Assembly (NCBI GenBank): GCA_014584605.1
Contig: JACTMO010000053.1
Span: 89,792-153,791 of the forward strand
From: Bacteroidota bacterium
Lineage (GTDB): Bacteria > Bacteroidota > Bacteroidia > Flavobacteriales_F > PHOS-HE28
DNA: 64,000 nt
Direction of reading: 5' to 3'
Shown here: one piece after another, positions 17,490 through 26,763 of the stretch
Position numbering within the stretch: the first letter of the stretch is position 1
Layout of the letters: every line of letters starts with the position of its first letter
Notes under the pieces: generated by a model
What the model saw: only the letters and a program-made list of their open reading frames with translations
Told to the model about the DNA's origin: nothing
Databases searched by the model: none
Made by a program: the position numbers and the translations under genes

Positions 17490-18806
17490 ATGGCGTGGCG
17501 CAAGTGGGCGGTGAACCTGATGTTGCTGGCGGGCTCCACCACCCTGGCGCTGCTGGTGGCCGAATGGGCCTTCCGGCGCATGCTCTTCAGCAATGGGCCC
17601 GCCTTCGCCGCCCTGCGCGACGCGAACCTCTACGCCGACTCCTTCAACGAGGCCGACCACTGGAAGCTCTACACCCTCTTCGGTGGCGAGTACCGTCCTC
17701 CGGAGGACCCGCACCCGCTGCTGGGCTGGCGCGGCGCGTTCAAGGCCAAGAGCTTGCTGCACGACGATGCGCGGAGCGTGGGCAACAAGCGGCCCGTGCT
17801 GCTCTATGGCGACAGTTACGCCCAGTGCATGTCGGAGGTCTCCTGCTTCCAGGACCTGCTCAACAACGACACCCTCTTCAACCGAGGGCACCACCTGCTC
17901 AACTACGGGGTGGGCGGCTACGGGGTGGACCAGATCACCCTGTTGTTCGAGCAGACCTTCCTGCGCTACGAGCGGCCCTTCGTGGTGTTCAGCCTGATGG
18001 TGAGCGACATGGACCGTTCGCCGCTGGACTGGCGCACCGGGCAGAAGCCCTGGTTCGCGCTGGACGGCGACGGGCTGCGGCTGCAGGGCGTGCCCATCGA
18101 TCCCGATCCGGCGCATTACCTGGCCACGCATCCGGTCACCATCAGCTCCTACCTGTGGCGGCGCTTCCTGTACAGCCCGGCCAACGTGCTGCCCGCTTGG
18201 GCCAACGACCGGTTCAAGGGATGGTCGGCCCACACCCGCCACAAACAGGAGCTCAACACGCGCATCCTGGACCGGGCCATCGCACGCTTGAAGGCCAGCC
18301 GGGTGGACTTCGTGGTGCTGGTGTTCCACTACCTGACGCCCGACCAGCCCGAGTGGATGGTGGGGCGCGAGGACAACTGGCGCGACCGCCTGCTGCGCGA
18401 ACGGCTGGCCTTCCACCAGGTGCCCTACATCTGGAGCAAGGACCTGATCCTGGCCGATCCGGCGTGGACGGGCGCCAACCTGGAGAAGTACATGCTGCTG
18501 GACAACGGCCACCCCACCACCTACTTCAACGGGCTGATCGCGGCGGAGATCCGCAAGGCCGTGCTGGCCCGCGCCGCGAACCACGACCCGCGCAGGCCGC
18601 TGTTCGCGCCCCCCACCTACGCCGAAATGGCCGAGCGCACCGCCCGGGCCATCCGGCAGGACAGCGTGTGGCTTGCCTCCGTGCGGGCCAACGCCGAGCG
18701 CAACGGTCAGTCCCTGGAGGACCGCATCACCGAGGAGGCCTGGTTCGTGGTGCGCGAACAGATGGACGTCACCGGCGAGGCCGTGCGCGCCTATACCCGG
18801 CCCTGA
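17490..18806 (+). CDS. SGNH/GDSL-like hydrolase family membrane-anchored protein
   Basis: N-terminal TM 'WAVNLMLLAGSTTLALLVAEWAF'. 'PVLLYGDSYAQ' resembles GDS(L) block I; 'DNGHPTTY' resembles the DxxH block V. Confidence 0.45.
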   Translation: MAWRKWAVNLMLLAGSTTLALLVAEWAFRRMLFSNGPAFAALRDANLYADSFNEADHWKLYTLFGGEYRPPEDPHPLLGWRGAFKAKSLLHDDARSVGNKRPVLLYGDSYAQCMSEVSCFQDLLNNDTLFNRGHHLLNYGVGGYGVDQITLLFEQTFLRYERPFVVFSLMVSDMDRSPLDWRTGQKPWFALDGDGLRLQGVPIDPDPAHYLATHPVTISSYLWRRFLYSPANVLPAWANDRFKGWSAHTRHKQELNTRILDRAIARLKASRVDFVVLVFHYLTPDQPEWMVGREDNWRDRLLRERLAFHQVPYIWSKDLILADPAWTGANLEKYMLLDNGHPTTYFNGLIAAEIRKAVLARAANHDPRRPLFAPPTYAEMAERTARAIRQDSVWLASVRANAERNGQSLEDRITEEAWFVVREQMDVTGEAVRAYTRP

Positions 18807-18928
18807 CCTTCGCCCGTTACCTTCGCCCGCCCGTTCCCCCCGCCGCCCGTGGGACCTGGGGCGACCCCGCACCGGGCGCCCTCCCCCAGGTCCGGTGGTG
18901 CGCACATGCCCCATGACCTCCTGAACCC

Positions 18929-20467
18929 ATGTCCGTCCGCGTCCGTTTCGCCCCCAGCCCCACCGGCCCCCTGCACATGGGCGGTGTGCGCACGGCCCTT
19001 TACAACTACCTGCTGGCCCGCAAACACGGCGGGCAGTTCCTGCTGCGTATCGAGGACACCGACCAGCAGCGCTTCGTGCCGGGCGCCGAGGAGTACATCC
19101 GCGAGGCCCTGGACTGGTGCGGACTGACGCCCGATGAGAGCCCCTGGACCGGAGGGCCGGACGGACCCTACCGCCAGAGCGAACGCAAGGCCATGTACCG
19201 GCAATATGCCGAGGACCTCATCGCCGCGGACAAGGCCTACTACGCCTTCGACACCCCGGAGGAACTGGAGGCCATGCGGGCGCGTCTGCAGGCCGCCGGG
19301 GTGGCCGCGCCGGCCTACAACGCGGTCACGCGCGAACACATGCGGAACTCGCTCACCCTGAGCGCCGATGAGGTGAAGGCGCGGCTGGCCGACGGCGAGC
19401 CGTACGTGGTGCGCCTCAAGGTGCCGCGCCATCAGGAGGTGCGTTTCGAGGACCTGGTGCGCGGGTGGGTGGTGGTGCACAGCGCCCACATCGACGACAA
19501 GGTGCTGTTCAAGAGCGACGGCATGCCCACCTACCACCTGGCCAACATCGTGGACGACCACCTCATGCGCATAACCCATGTGGTCCGCGGCGAGGAATGG
19601 CTGCCCAGCGCCCCGCTGCACGTGCTGCTCTACGAGGCCTTCGGCTGGGAGCGCCCGGCCTTCGCCCACCTGCCGCTGATCCTGAAGCCCGACGGCAACG
19701 GCAAGCTCAGCAAGCGCGACGGCGACCGCCTGGGTTTCCCGGTGTTCCCGCTCGACTGGACGGACCCCGTCACCGGCGAACGCAGCAGCGGCTACCGCGA
19801 ACGCGGCTACCGGCCCGAGGCCTTTGTGAACATGCTGGCGCTCTTGGGCTGGAACCCGGGGGGCGACCGCGAGCTCATGAGCCTGGAGGAGATGACCGGG
19901 CTCTTCGACCTGGAGCGCGTGCACAAGGGCGGTGCCCGCTTCGATCCGGAGAAGACCAGGTGGTTCAACCAGCAATACCTGCGCCGGGAGCCCGATGCGG
20001 TGCTCGGCGAACAGCTCCGTGCACGGCTGAAAACCGCGAAGGGCATCGACAGCACCCCCGAGCGTGCCGCACGTGCCGCTGCCCTGCTGAAGGATCGCGC
20101 CACCTTCGTGGACGACATGCTCGAGGGCCTGTACCTGTTCACCACCGGCTCGCCCCTGCCGGGCAACGCCGAGGCCGAGGCTGAGCTGCGCAAACGCTGG
20201 CGGCCCGAAGCCGCCCCCGCCCTGGAGGCCTACACCGCCAGGCTGGAGGGCATGGACCGCCCCGCTGCGGCCGAGCTGGAGACCGCCTTCAACGAGGTGC
20301 TCGCCGCCCACGGCCTGAAAGTGGGCCAGGTGATGCCGCTCTACCGCCTGTTCGTGGCGGGCCGCATGCAGGGCCCGGGCATGTTCGACGTCAGCGCCCT
20401 GCTGGGCACGCAAGAGGTGGCCGCAAGGCTGCGGGCTGGAATGGAACACTGCCGCGCATGGGCCTGA
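18929..20467 (+). CDS. gltX: Glutamate--tRNA ligase
   Basis: 'RFAPSPTGPLHMGGVRTALYNYL' HIGH motif and 'KLSKRDG' KMSKS motif. Full-length class I GluRS. Confidence 0.95.
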   Translation: MSVRVRFAPSPTGPLHMGGVRTALYNYLLARKHGGQFLLRIEDTDQQRFVPGAEEYIREALDWCGLTPDESPWTGGPDGPYRQSERKAMYRQYAEDLIAADKAYYAFDTPEELEAMRARLQAAGVAAPAYNAVTREHMRNSLTLSADEVKARLADGEPYVVRLKVPRHQEVRFEDLVRGWVVVHSAHIDDKVLFKSDGMPTYHLANIVDDHLMRITHVVRGEEWLPSAPLHVLLYEAFGWERPAFAHLPLILKPDGNGKLSKRDGDRLGFPVFPLDWTDPVTGERSSGYRERGYRPEAFVNMLALLGWNPGGDRELMSLEEMTGLFDLERVHKGGARFDPEKTRWFNQQYLRREPDAVLGEQLRARLKTAKGIDSTPERAARAAALLKDRATFVDDMLEGLYLFTTGSPLPGNAEAEAELRKRWRPEAAPALEAYTARLEGMDRPAAAELETAFNEVLAAHGLKVGQVMPLYRLFVAGRMQGPGMFDVSALLGTQEVAARLRAGMEHCRAWA

Positions 20468-20808
20468 TCGAGGTGAACGGCATCCGGGTCTTCGCCTACC
20501 ACGGCTGCCTGGAGGAGGAGGCCCGCATCGGCACGCGCTACCGGGTGGATGTGCAGGTGCAGGGCGATCTGTCCCGCGCCGAACAGAGCGACGCATTGGA
20601 CGACACCATCGACTACGGCAGGGTCACCGCCCTGGTGAAGGAGGCCATGGCCGTGCGCAGCCGCCTGATCGAGCATGTGTGCCGCCGGGTGCTCGAGGCC
20701 TTGCGGCAGGAATGGCCCGGCCCCTTCCGGTGGCGGGTGCGTGTGGAGAAGGAGGCCCCGCCGGTGAACGGCGACGTGGACCGGGTGGCCTACACCCTGG
20801 AGGGGTAG
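20458..20808 (+). CDS. folB: Dihydroneopterin aldolase
   Basis: 'IEVNGIRVFAYHGCLEEEARIGTRYRVDV...DDTIDYGRV' is the FolB fold. Overlaps gltX by 10 nt. Confidence 0.85.
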   Translation: MGLIEVNGIRVFAYHGCLEEEARIGTRYRVDVQVQGDLSRAEQSDALDDTIDYGRVTALVKEAMAVRSRLIEHVCRRVLEALRQEWPGPFRWRVRVEKEAPPVNGDVDRVAYTLEG

Positions 20809-20862
20809 CCCTCCTCGCGCGCATCGCCTATCTTCGCGGCCGCCCGTTCGCGGGCAGCACAG

Positions 20863-20933
20863 GGTCACGTGGCCGAGTGGCTAGGCAGAGGTCTGCAAAA
20901 CCTCGTACAGCGGTTCGACTCCGCTCGTGACCT
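20863..20933 (+). tRNA. tRNA-Cys (anticodon GCA)
   Basis: Cloverleaf read from the sequence: acceptor GGTCACG/CGTGACC, D-arm GCCGAGTGGCTAGGC, anticodon loop CTGCAAA, T-arm AGCGGTTCGACTCCGCT. Confidence 0.8.
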
Positions 20934-20938
20934 CCCCA

Positions 20939-20969
20939 GGATCCCCCGCGCTCGGGGGATCCCGCTTTT
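20939..20969 (+). terminator. Rho-independent terminator after tRNA-Cys
   Basis: 10-bp perfect stem GGATCCCCCG/CGGGGGATCC with loop CGCT, followed by CGCTTTTC. Confidence 0.6.
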
Positions 20970-21041
20970 CGGCCCATGGCTACCTTGGGCCGTGCAACGA
21001 TCCGGCCCGTCCCGCGTTAGGTGAACGCCCGTTCCCACCCC

Positions 21042-23432
21042 ATGAGCCCGTCCCCCCTTCTACCGCACCGGACAAAGGTCCTGGCCCTGCTGCTTGCGGC
21101 GCTGCCGTGCATGCCCGCCGCAGCCCAGCTGGCCATCGGTGAATGGCGCGACCATTTCCCCTATCGACAGACCATGGCCGTGGCCGAGGGTGCGGGCCAG
21201 GCCTGGTGCGCCACGCGCAACGCCGTGTTCTCCTACCACCGCATCAGCGGCGAGATGGAGCGCTTCACCAAGGTGAACGCCTTGAGCGATGTGGACGTGA
21301 GCATGCTGGGGTACAACAACGCCGTGGGCGGCCTGCTGGTGGGTTACCGCAACGGCAACCTCGACCTGCTGCGAGGGAGCACGGCCAGCAACCTGAGCGA
21401 CATCAAGCGCAGCAGCATCATCGGCGACAAAGGCATCTACGACATCCACTTCGAAGGCCCCCTGGCCTATCTGGCCTGCGGCTTCGGCATCGTGGTGGTG
21501 GATCTGTCGACCCTGGAGGTCCGCGAGACCTGGTTCATCGCCCCGGGAGGCACCCAGGTGAAGGTGAACGATGTGGCCTTCATGGGCGACTCCATATACG
21601 CGGCCACCAACGGAGGGCTCTTCGCCGCCTATCGGTACGCGCCGAACCTGGCCGCCTTCACTTCCTGGCAGCAACGCAGCGAGCTGCCCGTGCCCAACGG
21701 GCCTTTTAATGCGGTGAACGAGGTGGGCGGCAGGTTGGTGGTGAACTACCACGACGCCGGAGCGACCGACCGGGACACCGTGTTTTACCGCGAGGCCGGT
21801 GCTTGGCAGCGGCTCACGCATGCCTTCGGGCGACAGAACCTCGACATGTCCGTCACCGATGACGGCTCGGCCCTGCTCCTGTGCCAGTCCGATGCGGTGA
21901 CGCGCTACGATGCTGCGTTGGCCTTCGTCGGCGTGTATTCGGGCTATGCGGGCGATCTGCCGATGACACCCGCCATGGCCATCCCCGCGCAGGACGGGAT
22001 GGGCATCTGGGTGGCGGACCGAAACCAGGGGCTGGTGTTCCAGACCAACGGCATCTCGGGGGTCCCGGTGTACCCGCCCGGTCCCAGCACGGCCTCCGCC
22101 CAGCGCATGTCCGCCGCCAAGGGAGGGCTCTACGTGATCACCGGTGGCGTGCAGAGCAACTGGACCAACCAGTTCCGCAAGGAAGGGGTGCACCGGTTCC
22201 TTGCGGGGCAATGGTCCACCACGGACAAGACCAACGACCCCCTCATGCTATCGGGCGCCAATACCTTCGGAGGGGCGGTGAACGACTTCATGGCCGTGGC
22301 CACCGACCCGGAGGATGCGGACCATGCCTTCGTGGGCTCCTGGGAGGAGGGGGTGCTGGAGCTGCGGGGCGGCGCCGTGCAGACCATCCACAACGCGGGC
22401 AACAGCAGCCTGCAGGTGAACCCGGCGTTCGGCGCGGACAATGTCGTGCAGGTGGCCGGCATGGCCTTCGATGCGGAGGGCGATCTATGGGTGACCAACA
22501 GCAACTGCGGAGCACCCATCAGTGTGCGCACGGCGGGGGGCACCTGGCGGTCCTTCGCACCGGGTGCCGTGCTCAACAACAACAGCCTGCTCAGCGACAT
22601 CCTGCCCGCGAGGAACAACCGGCTCAAATGGATGATCCGTCCGCGCAGCAACGGCATGCTGGTGTTCACCGACAACGGCACGCTCAGCGACCCGGGCGAC
22701 GACCAGTACAAGGCGCTCACCACGGCCGAGGGGAGCGGGGGCCTGCCCTCCATGGACGTCTTCAGCATGGCCGAGGACCACGATGGGGAGATCTGGGTCG
22801 GCACCGGCAAAGGCGTGGCCGTGTTCTACATGCCCGATGCGGTCTTCGGCGGTGGCGATTTCGATTGCCAGCAGATCCTGATCGAACAGGGGGGCAACGT
22901 GCAGATCCTCCTGGAGACCGAGGCCGTGAGCGCCATCGCCGTGGACGGCGCGGACCGCAAATGGCTCGGCACCCAGGGCAGCGGGGTCTTCCTCGTCTCG
23001 GCCGATGGCACCGACCAGCTTTTGCATTTCACCGCCGAGGACAGCCCTCTGCCCAGCAACAACATCACCAGCCTGGCCATCGACGGGGAGACCGGAGAGG
23101 TCTTCATCGGAACGGACCAGGGCGTTGTGAGCTACCGGGGCACGGCCACCGAGGGCGGGCTCACCAACGCCTGTGCCAGGGTGTTCCCCAACCCGGTGCG
23201 CGAAACGTACAGCGGGCCCATCGCCATCTCCGGGCTGGTGCGCGACAGCGACGTGAAGGTGACCGATGTGGCCGGGAACCTGGTGTATCACACGGTATCG
23301 GACGGCGGCCAGGCGATCTGGCCGGGCACCGATATGGCCGGCAACCGGGTGAGCACGGGCGTGTACCTGGTGTTCGCCTCCGATGCGGAGGGCAACACCA
23401 AGTGCAACACCAAGGTGCTGGTGTTGCGCTGA
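21042..23432 (+). CDS. PorZ-like T9SS protein: beta-propeller domain(s) plus a type-A CTD
   Basis: Signal peptide 'MSPSPLLPHRTKVLALLLAALPCMPAAAQ' (the tracked ORF begins with GTG at 21021). Repeated 'GGLFAAYRY / IWVGTGKGVAVFY / KWLGTQGSGVFLV' propeller blades of the Reg_prop type. C-terminal 'VFPNPVRETYSGPIAISGL...VYLVFASDAEGNTKCNTKVLVLR' is a type-A CTD. Confidence 0.6.
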   Translation: MSPSPLLPHRTKVLALLLAALPCMPAAAQLAIGEWRDHFPYRQTMAVAEGAGQAWCATRNAVFSYHRISGEMERFTKVNALSDVDVSMLGYNNAVGGLLVGYRNGNLDLLRGSTASNLSDIKRSSIIGDKGIYDIHFEGPLAYLACGFGIVVVDLSTLEVRETWFIAPGGTQVKVNDVAFMGDSIYAATNGGLFAAYRYAPNLAAFTSWQQRSELPVPNGPFNAVNEVGGRLVVNYHDAGATDRDTVFYREAGAWQRLTHAFGRQNLDMSVTDDGSALLLCQSDAVTRYDAALAFVGVYSGYAGDLPMTPAMAIPAQDGMGIWVADRNQGLVFQTNGISGVPVYPPGPSTASAQRMSAAKGGLYVITGGVQSNWTNQFRKEGVHRFLAGQWSTTDKTNDPLMLSGANTFGGAVNDFMAVATDPEDADHAFVGSWEEGVLELRGGAVQTIHNAGNSSLQVNPAFGADNVVQVAGMAFDAEGDLWVTNSNCGAPISVRTAGGTWRSFAPGAVLNNNSLLSDILPARNNRLKWMIRPRSNGMLVFTDNGTLSDPGDDQYKALTTAEGSGGLPSMDVFSMAEDHDGEIWVGTGKGVAVFYMPDAVFGGGDFDCQQILIEQGGNVQILLETEAVSAIAVDGADRKWLGTQGSGVFLVSADGTDQLLHFTAEDSPLPSNNITSLAIDGETGEVFIGTDQGVVSYRGTATEGGLTNACARVFPNPVRETYSGPIAISGLVRDSDVKVTDVAGNLVYHTVSDGGQAIWPGTDMAGNRVSTGVYLVFASDAEGNTKCNTKVLVLR

Positions 23433-23439
23433 GGGCGCC

Positions 23440-24159
23440 ATGCTGCAGGCGGTAAAGGCCCTGGTGCTGCGCACCATAAAGCACACGGACAGCACCGTGG
23501 TGCTGAAGACCTACACCGAGACCTTCGGGGTGCGCAGTTACCTGGTGCGCATGCCCAAGGGTTCGCGGCGCGCGGGCCGCACGGCGCTGCTGCAGCCGCT
23601 CAACCGCCTGGAGCTGGTGGTGGACGAGCGCGCCGACCGCGAGCTGCACCAGTTGCGCGAGCTCCGGCTGCACCGGCCCTATCTGCGCATACCGGGCGAT
23701 GTCCTGCGCACCGCCCAGTTGCTCTTCCTGCAGGAGCTGCTGGTGCGCACCCTGCGCGAGGAGGCCGGTGATCCCGGGCTCTGGTCCTTCCTGCAGCAGG
23801 CATTGGAGCTGCTGGACACGGCCGACGAGGTGCGCGACCTGCCGCTGCGTTTCCTGCTGGGCTACGCCGATGCCTTGGGCTTTGCCCCGGCTCCGCCGGA
23901 GGGCGCCGAGCCCTACTTCGACCTGGTGGAGGGGCGCTTCACCACCGAGCTGCCCTTGCACACGCAGGCCATCACCCCGCCGCTCACCGCCCTCTTCGCG
24001 GCATGGCTGCCCGGCCCGCTGTATGCACCGGCGCCTGGTACCATGCTTCCCGGACAACGTCGCGAACTGCTGGACGCGTTGCTCCGCTATGTGCGCCTTC
24101 ATGTGCCCGGCGCCCCCGAACTGCACTCACCCGACGTGCTCCACCGGACCCTTGGCTGA
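23440..24159 (+). CDS. recO: DNA repair protein RecO
   Basis: 'MLQAVKALVLRTIKHTDSTVVLKTYTETFGVRSYLV' OB-fold N-terminus typical of RecO, ~240 aa. Confidence 0.8.
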   Translation: MLQAVKALVLRTIKHTDSTVVLKTYTETFGVRSYLVRMPKGSRRAGRTALLQPLNRLELVVDERADRELHQLRELRLHRPYLRIPGDVLRTAQLLFLQELLVRTLREEAGDPGLWSFLQQALELLDTADEVRDLPLRFLLGYADALGFAPAPPEGAEPYFDLVEGRFTTELPLHTQAITPPLTALFAAWLPGPLYAPAPGTMLPGQRRELLDALLRYVRLHVPGAPELHSPDVLHRTLG

Positions 24160-24190
24160 GCTGCGGGTATCTTCGACCCCCGCCCGACCC

Positions 24191-26386
24191 ATGGCCCCCC
24201 GCCCGCTCCAGCATCTGGTAGGCCTGCTGGCCCTGGCCGCTTGCGCGGAGGCCCCGACCCGGATGAACGAAATGCGCCCGCCCTCCCCCGACCGCGAACC
24301 GCATCCCATGATCATCCATGGGCACACGCGCCAGGACCCTTACTTCTGGATGCGCCTCACCGAAGCCCAACGCGAGTCGGCGCAGCCTGATGCGCACACG
24401 CGGAAGGTGGTGGCCCACCTGCAGGCCGAGAACGCTTATACCGAAGCCGTGCTCGGGCCGGTGAACACCTTGCGGGAGGACCTCTTCAAGGAGATGAAGG
24501 CCCGGATCAAGGAGACCGACCTGAGCGTGCCCTATCGCGAGAACGGCTACTGGTACAACCATCGTTACGAGGAGGGCCGGGAGTACGCCATCCACATGCG
24601 TGCACCGGTGGGCCCCGACCCCGACAGGCTGCCCGGGACCTTCACCGACATCTTCGATGAGAACCTCATGGCCCGGGGACACGAGTACTTCGATCTGGGC
24701 GACTATGAGCCGAGCCCGGACAACCGTCTGGCGGCGTACAGTATGGACACCGTGGGCCGGCGGCAGTATCTGATCCGCTTCCGCGACCTGACCACCGGCC
24801 AGGACCTGCCCGACGCCATCGCCGGGACCGACGGAGGAGGGGCCTGGGCCGACGACCGCACCTTCTTCTACACGCGAAAGGACCGCACGCTGCGCAGCTA
24901 CAAGGTGTTCCGCCATGTACTGGGCACCGATCCCGGCACGGACGTCGAGGTGTTCCACGAAAAGGACCCGGCCTTCAGTTGCGAGGTGTATCGCAGCCGC
25001 AGCGACCGCTTCGTGATCATCACCACCGAGAGCACCCTTTCCACCGAGCACTGGCTGCTGCCGGTGGACCGTCCGATGGGTGCTTTCGCCCCCTTCCTTT
25101 CGCGGGAGCAGGAGCATGAGCACAGCATTTTCCACGTGCCCCCGCACGATGGCAGGCCCGGGCACTGGTACATCCTCAGCAACTGGCAGGCGCGCAACTT
25201 CCGCCTGATGCGCTGTGCCGAGGACGACCATGCGCACAAGGAGCGGTGGACCGAGGTGATCGCACACCGGGAGGATGTGTTGCTGGAGGACGTGGACCTG
25301 TTCCGCGACCATCTGGTGGTGAGTGAACGGCGCGAGGGCCTCACCCATCTGCGGGTGCGCAGGCTGAGCACCGGGGCTGAGCACGAGATCGCCTTCCACG
25401 ATCCGGCCTACGTCAGTTACACCAGCACCAATCCCGAGTGGGACACGCACCTGTTGCGGTATGGGTACGCCAGCCTTACCACGCCCAACGGGCTGTATCA
25501 GCACGACATGCGCACCGGTACCGACACCTTGCTCAAGCAGCAGGAGGTCCTGGGCGACTTCCGGGCGGACCGCTACGTGAGCGAACGCATCCAGGCCACG
25601 GCCAAGGATGGCACCGCCGTGCCCATCAGTCTGGTGTATCGCAAAGGCACGGCCAGGGATGGCAGCGCACCGACCCTGCTCTATGGCTACGGCAGCTACG
25701 GCATCAGCGTGGAGCCCACGTTCAGCAGTGCGCGCCTCAGTTTGCTGGACCGCGGCTTCGTTTTCGCCATCGCCCATGTGCGCGGCGGCGAGGAGCTGGG
25801 CCGCTCCTGGTACGAGAACGGGCGGATGGAGCACAAGATGAACACCTTCACCGATCTCATCGCGTGCGCCGAGCACCTGGTGAAGGAGCGCTACGCCGAC
25901 CCGACAAGGCTCTTCGCCATGGGCGGCAGTGCGGGCGGCCTGCTGATGGGCGTGGTGACGAACCTGCGCCCCGACCTCTGGAAAGGCATCGTGGCCGAGG
26001 TGCCCTTCGTGGACGTGGTGACCACCATGCTGGACGACAGCATCCCGCTCACCACCGGCGAGTTCGACGAGTGGGGCGACCCCAAGGAACCCGAGGCCTA
26101 TCGACGCATGCTTGCCTACTCACCGTACGACAACGTGAAGGACGCCGTGTACCCGGCGATGCTGATCACCACGGGCTTCCACGACAGCCAGGTGCAGTAT
26201 TGGGAACCGGCCAAGTGGGCGGCACGCCTGCGCGACCACCAGCGGGGTTCCGCACCGATCCTGTTGCATACCAACATGGACGCGGGCCACGGCGGAGCCA
26301 GCGGGCGCTTCGAACGGCTGCGTGAGGTGGCGCTGGACTACGCGTTCCTGTTGTGGCAGGCCGGACTGGCTGAAGAAGCGCCGTAG
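24191..26386 (+). CDS. ptrB: Oligopeptidase B (S9A prolyl oligopeptidase family)
   Basis: N-terminal propeller followed by the catalytic 'GGSAGGLLMG' serine motif; 'FHDSQVQYWEPAKWAARLR'. Start at ATG 24191; the tracked ORF from 23699 is a spurious upstream extension across recO. Confidence 0.9.
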   Translation: MAPRPLQHLVGLLALAACAEAPTRMNEMRPPSPDREPHPMIIHGHTRQDPYFWMRLTEAQRESAQPDAHTRKVVAHLQAENAYTEAVLGPVNTLREDLFKEMKARIKETDLSVPYRENGYWYNHRYEEGREYAIHMRAPVGPDPDRLPGTFTDIFDENLMARGHEYFDLGDYEPSPDNRLAAYSMDTVGRRQYLIRFRDLTTGQDLPDAIAGTDGGGAWADDRTFFYTRKDRTLRSYKVFRHVLGTDPGTDVEVFHEKDPAFSCEVYRSRSDRFVIITTESTLSTEHWLLPVDRPMGAFAPFLSREQEHEHSIFHVPPHDGRPGHWYILSNWQARNFRLMRCAEDDHAHKERWTEVIAHREDVLLEDVDLFRDHLVVSERREGLTHLRVRRLSTGAEHEIAFHDPAYVSYTSTNPEWDTHLLRYGYASLTTPNGLYQHDMRTGTDTLLKQQEVLGDFRADRYVSERIQATAKDGTAVPISLVYRKGTARDGSAPTLLYGYGSYGISVEPTFSSARLSLLDRGFVFAIAHVRGGEELGRSWYENGRMEHKMNTFTDLIACAEHLVKERYADPTRLFAMGGSAGGLLMGVVTNLRPDLWKGIVAEVPFVDVVTTMLDDSIPLTTGEFDEWGDPKEPEAYRRMLAYSPYDNVKDAVYPAMLITTGFHDSQVQYWEPAKWAARLRDHQRGSAPILLHTNMDAGHGGASGRFERLREVALDYAFLLWQAGLAEEAP

Positions 26387-26395
26387 GGGCCTCCC

Positions 26396-26626
26396 TCAGA
26401 TGGCGATGCGCTCGGCATGCACGATCTCCTCGGGCGTCATGGGGATCACCGACACGGGCTGCTGCGGGTCGCGCTGAAAGCGTTCATAGTCGTGAACGCT
26501 GGCGAAGAAGATCCGTTGCACACCACCGCTGTCCACCTCCCAGACCACGCCGAAGACCTCTTTGCCGGAGCGCAGTTTGAAGCGGCAATGCTTGTGGTAC
26601 AGCGCGCGTATGTCCGGTTGTTCCAT
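26396..26626 (-). CDS. Small hypothetical protein (~76 aa)
   Basis: Open frame with typical codon usage. The start could be ATG 26626 (MEQPDIRAL) or ATG 26671. No domain recognised. Confidence 0.35.
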   Translation of the reverse strand: MEQPDIRALYHKHCRFKLRSGKEVFGVVWEVDSGGVQRIFFASVHDYERFQRDPQQPVSVIPMTPEEIVHAERIAI

Positions 26627-26678
26627 GGGGTGGGCGGGCACCCTAAAAGTAGCAGGTCCGAAGGGGTGCATGGCACAT

Positions 26679-26716
26679 GTTTTTTTGAACAGGCGGTCAG
26701 GTCCTGTTGAAAAAAC
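26679..26716 (+). promoter_or_regulatory. AT-rich 13-bp imperfect palindrome (TTTTTTTGAACAGG-N8-CCTGTTGAAAAAA); operator- or promoter-like
   Basis: Read directly from the sequence. Conspicuously AT-rich in a ~70% GC background. Lies immediately upstream of the minus-strand small ORF and downstream of the mltD-like gene. Confidence 0.4.
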
Positions 26717-26763
26717 GCGACCCCTGTCCGGGCTATTGCTTGGCGTTCAGCCACCTGCAATTT

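Noticed and set aside
16590-20596. Long minus-strand ORFs 16590-18914 (774 aa) and 18791-20596 (601 aa) opposite the SGNH gene and gltX
   Set aside because: gltX on the plus strand is unambiguous (HIGH/KMSKS). The minus frames are Arg/Pro/Gly-rich nonsense typical of high-GC shadow ORFs.
23699-24190. Upstream extension of the ptrB ORF across recO
   Set aside because: Overlaps recO out of frame. A good signal/lipoprotein N-terminus (MAPRPLQHLVGLLALAAC) begins at ATG 24191.
26679-26716. The AT-rich palindrome read as a bidirectional rho-independent terminator
   Set aside because: The T-run is 5' and the A-run 3' of the stem on both strands, the opposite of what a terminator needs. Kept as a candidate operator instead.
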